A stretch of 64,000 nucleotides of DNA from the human T2T-CHM13v2.0 reference genome, Homo sapiens. The notes under the pieces are model-generated. The model saw only the letters and a list, made by a program, of their open reading frames with translations. It made no database searches and was not told the DNA's origin. Within the stretch, counting starts at the first letter, position 1, and each line of letters starts with the position of its first letter. The stretch lies in assembly GCF_009914755.1 (NCBI RefSeq), contig NC_060943.1; one strand, written 5' to 3'. Made by a program: the position numbers and the translations under genes. Below, piece by piece: positions 57,819-64,000 of the stretch.

Positions 57819-57944
57819 CTTCTTTTATTTTTAAACTGAGATAGAATTCGTGCATGTATTTCCTAGCACTGCTGTAACAAATCACCAACTGGGTGGCTTG
57901 GAACAGGAAAAATTGATTATAGGTGTGAGCCACAAGGCCCAGGG

Positions 57945-58172
57945 TTTAGTGCCCTTATAAGAAGGACCCCAGAGAGCTTCCTTTGCTCCTTTTGCCCTGT
58001 GAGGACACGGCAAGAAGGTGACTCTCCAGGAATCAGCAAATGGGTCCTCAGCAGACCCGATCTGCCGGTATCTGGAGGTTGGACTTTGCAGCCTCCAGAA
58101 CTGTGCGAAATGTCTGATGTTTCAGTCACCCATTCAGAGTGGTTTGTTATAGCAGTATGAATGGACTAAGAC
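57945..58172 (+). mobile_element. MLT1A-type LTR, 3' half
   Basis: TTAGTGCCCTTATAA...GTGAGGACACGGCAAG...ATGGACTAAGAC. Confidence 0.8.
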
Positions 58173-59167
58173 CCTCCTCTTGTGCCCAAAGAGGCTGCCT
58201 CAGGGACAGGAACACCATGTGTCTAACAGACCCTGCCTCCTGCCCAGGGACCCAGGACTTGTGCAACAATAAGGCCCTCTCAGGGACATGTCGCCAGACA
58301 CACAGTAAGTGATCATTGGAATATTCATTTCCACAAGCCCAGAAACTTACAATACAAAGTGCTCTTTAAACTGAAGGACCTGACATGCCCTTGCTGGCTT
58401 ATGGCAGTGTGAAATCATAAGAGGAAAGCTCAGCCCACACTCCCCGAATCAAGGGCCACTCTCAGAGCCACCTGCTCAAGGGGCCACTGCAGGCCCCAGC
58501 CTCCTACAGATGGGCACTCTGCACACACCAGCCTGTCACCTCCACATTGGGGAAACAAGGCTTCTGGCTGTCTGAGGCCACACTGGGGTGATTCACGCCC
58601 CAGCGTCCCTTCCTAGACCCTGACCCTTGCACGACAGGGGCTCCCTCCATCCTTGGCCTGCCCGGTCCTGATTCTCAGGCCTGCCCAGGCTCTAGGATGC
58701 TGGCCCTGCATCCTCAAGACACCCTCAGCCTTGTCAGGCTGCACATCCTTGCTGATCGCCAGTTTGGATAACACGGCCCCCAGGAGCTGAGACAGAACAG
58801 GAACCATCTGCTGCACTGAACATGAAGTGGGATGCCTGACTCAGGCCGTGGCTCAGGTTTTCTAACCAGCCACCCACCTTGATCCCCTCCAAGACCTAAC
58901 CTGCCTTTGCTCATCAGGGCTCTGCTAACAGCACAAAACCAAGGCCAGAGGAGCTGATAGAATACTGCACCTGTTAATATGACCCCCGGGGATCCCCCAG
59001 CTAGGACCAGGATCCATCCTCCCTGGGAAAGTCAAAGCCCTTTCCATTTTCAGCCAAGTAAACAATCTCTTTCCCACAGAGGGCAAAGCACCTTTGGGCC
59101 CTTCTGCATGGTGCCCCGTCATCACAAGAGTCCACCCTGTCCTAGAATCGACTGGAAAAAAGATGCT

Positions 59168-59631
59168 GGCTGGCACAGTGGCTCACGCCTGTAATCCCAG
59201 CACTTTGGGAGGCCAAGGCCAGAGGATCACTTGAGCTCAGGAGTTCGAGACCAGCCTGGGCAACATGGCGAAACCCCATCTCTACAAAAAATATAAAAAA
59301 ATTAGCCAGGCATGGTGGCATGCACCTGTACTCTCAGCTTCCTGGGAGGGTGAGTGGGAAGATCACTTGAGCCCAGGAGGCAGAGGCTGCAGTGAGCTGA
59401 GATCACACCACTGCACTCCAGCCTAGGTGACAGAATGAGACTCTGTCTCAAATTAAAAAAAAAAAAAAAAAATCTAGCCAGCATGGTGGTGCGTCCTAGC
59501 TACTCGGGAGGCTGAGGTGGGAGGATTGCTTAAGCCTAGGAAACAGATGCTACAGTGAGCCATGATCACACCACTACGCTCCAGCTTGGGTGACAGAGCG
59601 AGACCCTGTCTGAAAAACAAACAACAAAAAA
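59168..59631 (+). mobile_element. AluJ-like element plus an adjacent right-arm Alu fragment
   Basis: Alu motifs and A-tails. Confidence 0.88.
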
Positions 59632-59919
59632 GGATGTCATTCTTGAAGAGGATCCAGAGGGGAATACAGGAAGTGACTGCATTTCTTTATACCAGACTCT
59701 AAAAGTACAGACAGCCCATCCAAAGCCCTCGTTTACACATGAGGAAACTAAGGCACTAGGCAAGAAGGGGAGCCACAGACCTGGAGGCCCCTTCACACCT
59801 TCAGCTGCTGGGTCCTAAGCCCGCTCCTCGCCATCTGAGACCCAATTGCCCTAGCTGTCAAGGATAACAAGGCCTTCCTAGCACTGGGGAGGGGCTGATG
59901 CCTGGGGCTACTGAGCTGC

Positions 59920-60170
59920 GACCTGCCTGAGACCACAAAGCTGCCACAGGCTCTGCCCATGACCTGCCTGGGACAACACAGCTGCCACAGGCTGTGCCCA
60001 TGACCTGCCTGGGACCACACAGCTGCCACGGGCTCTGCCCACGACCTGCCTGGGACCACACAGCTGCCACAGGCTCTGCCCACGACCTGCCTGGGACCAC
60101 ACAGCTGCCACCCACAGGCTCTGGTCAAGACCTGCCTGAGACCACACAGATGCTACGGGCTCTGGCTGAG
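59920..60170. repeat. 41-bp minisatellite, ~6 copies (GACCTGCCTGGGACCACACAGCTGCCACAGGCTCTGCCCAY)
   Basis: Unit starts at 59920, 59961, 60002, 60043, 60084, ~60129. Confidence 0.95.
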
Positions 60171-60364
60171 GCTGATTCAAATGGAAGATGTCATTCTTCA
60201 AGCCCCTTGAGCCAGTTTAGGACCTCAGAAGCTGTATCTTTTCCTTCCTTCTGAATAAACCTGTGATGAGCAAACTTCCAGGTGAGCCTCTGATATTTCC
60301 GATAACAACCTGGGAGAGTTCGTGTAACATCTGGATGTGGAGGGAAGGGCCGTTTCCAACATAC

Positions 60365-60450
60365 CTTTGTAACTGGGCAATCTCTTGACTGATGTCATCA
60401 AGCTCCTTCACGCCAGTAAACTCCCCGGAGCCGAGAGAGCCTGAACTGTC
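60365..60450 (-). CDS. EPS15L1: EPS15L1 exon ~12 (86 nt): [28 protein letters not shown](R)
   Basis: Acceptor TTCTAG, donor GTATGT; start of coiled coil; phase 0 to 2. Confidence 0.97.
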
Positions 60451-60760
60451 CTAGAATTGAATTCAGAGGCGAGATCTCTAATTAGCAACCTGACATCACC
60501 TGACAGGAGGCACCAGCAGTTCTCGGGCCCAGGGATAAAATTGTCCCTTTAGTACACAGGGTGAGGTAGCAAAAGTGTCAGCCCCCTGCCTGGGGAAATA
60601 CCTGGGCAGCCAAGCCACCCTCCCGGGGGCCCCTGTTGAGGAAGGCAGGGACCACAGGCAGCACCCGCCACCGTGGGCTCATGTGTGCCACCAGTGCCAC
60701 CTGGTGGCAGGCGGTGGGAAGGGATGTCAATACCCCCAGGGCATGACCAGCACCACTCAC

Positions 60761-60917
60761 CGGGCCGGGCGTGCCTCTCTCCGAAGGCGGGACCATGTCC
60801 GGCGAGAGGACTTGAGGAGGGTCGATGCCTTTACTGACCTTCTGCTGAATGAAATACATAGCTAACGCGAATTGGTCTTTGCTTAACTTCCCCGTTTGCC
60901 TCGTATCGGCCAGGGCC
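60761..60917 (-). CDS. EPS15L1: EPS15L1 exon ~11 (157 nt): (W)[52 protein letters not shown], end of EH domain 3
   Basis: Acceptor TTTCTCCAG, donor GTGAGT; EH-domain signature FALAMYFI; phase 2 to 0. Confidence 0.97.
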
Positions 60918-61429
60918 CTGGGAGAAACGTGGGGATGCTAATTACACATCACAGGCGCCGACTCAGCCTGAACCCAAGTCACCGATCCCTTGCTTTTCAA
61001 AAACGACAGCGACGAAAACAACGGCAGGGCGTGGTGGCAAGCCCCAGCTCCTTCCCTACTTCACATCTCCTTCCCAGGAAGTGGCCCAGGGGTTCCCCGC
61101 TCCCAGTGTCCCCCACCCTAGGAGGGCTGTCAGGGCTGAAGAACCCCAAGCCCCTGACCTGGGCTGAGGAGCCGACCCCCTGGGAAAACCTCACTAGGGC
61201 TGAGATGCAGCTGCCTCTTCCTTTGGCTTATCTCGTGCGTGGGGCAGGCTCTGATGCTGCAGGCATGGAGTAGACCAGCCCTTCCGTGGAAATGGGTGCT
61301 GAGACCAAGCATTGTCCCTGTAGCTCTGGGTCATCTGAATGGCCCCGGCTACTGGCCTTCAATGGGGATGACAGCAGCACTTTGGGGTGTCATCATGATG
61401 AAGAAAGAATCAGCAACGACTCTCTTTCC

Positions 61430-61787
61430 TTGTTATGAACGGAACGTTTATGTCCCCCCAGATTCCTATGTCCAAATCCTATCCCTCAATGGGATGGTGT
61501 TGGGAGGTGGGGCCTCTGGGAGGTGATGAGGTCATGAGGGTGGAGCCTCAGGAGTGGGATTAGTGCCCTTATAAAAGAGGCCCCAGAAGGCTCTCTCTGC
61601 TCCTTTTGCCATGTGAGGACACGGCAAGCAGGTGGCCGTCTACAAACTAGGCAGTGAGCCCTCACCAGACACTGGATCTGCTGGTGCCTGGATCACAGAC
61701 TTCCACCCCCCAGAGCCGTGAGAAATGTCTGTTTCTAAGCCACTCTGTCTATGGCACTTTGTCACAGCAGCCCAATGGTCTAAAACA
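61430..61787 (+). mobile_element. MLT1A-type solo LTR
   Basis: TGTTATG..start, GGTGGGGCCTCTGGGAGGTGATGAGGTCATGAGGGTGGAGCC, TTAGTGCCCTTATAAAAGAG. Confidence 0.88.
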
Positions 61788-61990
61788 CTCCTCTTGTGCC
61801 CAAATGAGGCTGCCACAGGGGCATGGCCACAATGCACAGGACAGTCCCCCACAACTAAGCGTCCCCTGCCCACATAGCTCTTGGATGTCCTGAAAGATGG
61901 GCCAAGGCAGCATCTGAATAGCAGCACACAGTGGTCCTGTGGAGCTGAGGTGAGAGGCTCCGCGACACTCACAATCAAGGAGCCAGCCAG

Positions 61991-62289
61991 GGCCGGGTGC
62001 AATGGCTCATGCCTGTGTTCTCAACACTTTGGGAGCTGAGGCGGGCAGATCACCTGAGGTCAGGAGTTCGAGACCAGCTTGGCCAACATGGGGAAATCCC
62101 GCCTCTACTAAAAATACAAAAATTAGCCGGGCATGGTGGCGCGCGCCTGTAATCCCAGCTGCTCAGGAGGCTGAGGCACGAGAATCACTTGAACCCAGGA
62201 GGCAGAGGTTTCAGTGAGCCAAGATTGCGCCAATGCGCTCCAGCCTGGGCAACAGTGAGTCTCTGTCTCAAAAAAAAAAAATAAAAAAA
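61991..62289 (+). mobile_element. Alu (AluS-like)
   Basis: Full dimer; AGGAGCCAGCCAGG / AGGAGCCAACCAGG TSD. Confidence 0.92.
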
Positions 62290-64000
62290 TGAGGAGCCAA
62301 CCAGGAAGGGAAGGGACCCTTGTGGAGTAAGGACAAGGCCTTTGGCATCTATGAAAAATGTCTTCCTTCACCCATGCTGCCCTCTCAACGAGGGACCTCG
62401 TTTCCCACCTCCCGTGTAGCTGCGGCAGAAGCCATTACAACAGAAGTTTCCCCTTTTACCAAAAGAGAGCTGGGACCGTTCTAACAGACTTATTTATACC
62501 CAAATGCAGTCCGTGAACAGAGCTGCGGAGAATGAGCAGATCTCAAAGAACATTGCTGATAAATGCCTAGTTATCCCCACAGTTCGAGGCCCTGACGATT
62601 TCATACTGCCACTGTCTCTCCCCAGTCTGCCCCCGCGGGCCCCAGCCTGCTCGTGGGCTGCAGCTGCCTCTCCACTCCCGCCCCTTCTCTGCTCCTGCCA
62701 TCTCTCAAGGAGTGTGGGCTCCAAGGCCCACCTGTGGAAGGTTCTGAGAGAAAGAAGGAGAAGCAAGCTTAGGGGTGGCTCAGTCAGCGGCCATCCGGCT
62801 CTGACACCACATCCTGCTCTGCTGACCCGTACGGTGGCAGCCATCGCAGGGAAAAAGCCTCTGTCTTCATGCTCCCCCTCCTCCCAGTCCCTCCTGGTGT
62901 GTCATCTACATTGGGCCATGCCCCGCCCCAGCCACTCGCAGACACATCTAGACTTCTTTTCTCATGGTTATTCAAGAGCCTGATCATCCTTTCCTTCCCC
63001 TTTGCTGCCCGCATGGAATGACCTCTGAGTTCCTTCTTTTGATCCAGGTGGATTAGTGATTTCCTGTGTCATTTCCATGTCATTACATCATGTGTCAATT
63101 GCAGCATGCATTATAAATTACTTTCCCTCTACTGACCCCTAGACATGACAGTCAGGGTGTCAGGGCGCTAACCAGGAACTGTATGTGTGTTGGTTTCAGA
63201 GTCATAAAGGGGACACTGTGTTTTGTTGGTTTCTAAAAGGGACACTGGATCTGAGGCAGCTGAGACCCACTGTCCCTAGCCAGTTGGAGGCGGCTTGGCC
63301 ATTTGGGTGATGACTCTGCGACAGCTAGTTCTCAGGCTCCCACCTCACAGTGTGGTCATCTGTGAATTACCACTAAGGACAGTCATTTCCCCCAAGCCAC
63401 TAAGTAACATCCTGAATTTCACTGCTCTACTTGGAGGTATTTGCCTCTCGAGAATTATCCAGCAATTCTTTCCTTTTGATAGCTCCCAAGTGAAGCCTTC
63501 TCTAAGGCCACAAGGCTCTGAGCAACAAGCTCAAAAGTGACTTCAGCCCTGGCCAGTGGCAAGAGGAGTGCCCCAGCCCTATGAAGTCGGCTGTGTCCAG
63601 CCCTGGGGGAAAGAGGGGTTGAGGCCGACTCCTCGACTGGGCTCTGAGGCACTGACAGGGTCTCCTTGTGCTCACCCTCCCGCCAGGAGCCAAAGCACTG
63701 GCCTTTCCAGAGCAGGGCCTCCTGCCCCCGCCCTCACCCTGCCAGGCCACTCTGCTAGAGGCTCCAAGGCCCTGCTGCCCGCACCTCCCGGAGGCGGCTG
63801 TGACAAAGTCCAGGCCTCCTGTTAGAGCCAGCATCACAGCCAGCAAGAATAGGGCCCAGCTGTGTAAGCAAATGGCCTGGGAGCACTTAAGACGGACCAG
63901 AGGCCCTTCCTACTGAAAGACAGTGAACTGACCGTCACGGAGCGCGGGCTTCGAGCCTTGGCACGTGCACCTTGCTCAGCCTCTGTCAGGCCAGGGAGAA

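Overview
Primate (human or near-human) genomic DNA from the 3' two-thirds of EPS15L1 (EPS15R, EH-domain endocytic adaptor), transcribed on the minus strand. Thirteen coding exons (about exons 11-23 of the 24-exon long isoform; numbering from recall) were mapped by hand with GT-AG boundaries and consistent phases. They encode the end of EH domain 3, the coiled coil, 21 DPF motifs, the proline-rich segment and the C-terminus of the form ending ...GFADFTSVS*. The UIM-encoding last exon and the 5' exons lie outside the window. The introns hold a full-length processed RPS2 pseudogene, a full-length 7SL retrocopy, about 30 Alus, old L1M fragments, MLT1 LTRs, MER2/MER47 DNA transposons and three minisatellites. 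The most interesting signal lies in the last three introns (1-28 kb), which are repeat-poor. They contain many pyrimidine-rich 3' splice sites that open, in the phase the upstream exon requires, either symmetric stop-free cassettes (108, 45, 15, 60, 6 and 48/162 nt) or short Lys/Arg-rich alternative C-termini. These are interleaved with QKI, RBFOX, NOVA and UG-rich motif arrays and two strong hairpins, one a pre-miRNA-like stem of about 38 bp. These are motif-level predictions that need RNA-seq and conservation tests.
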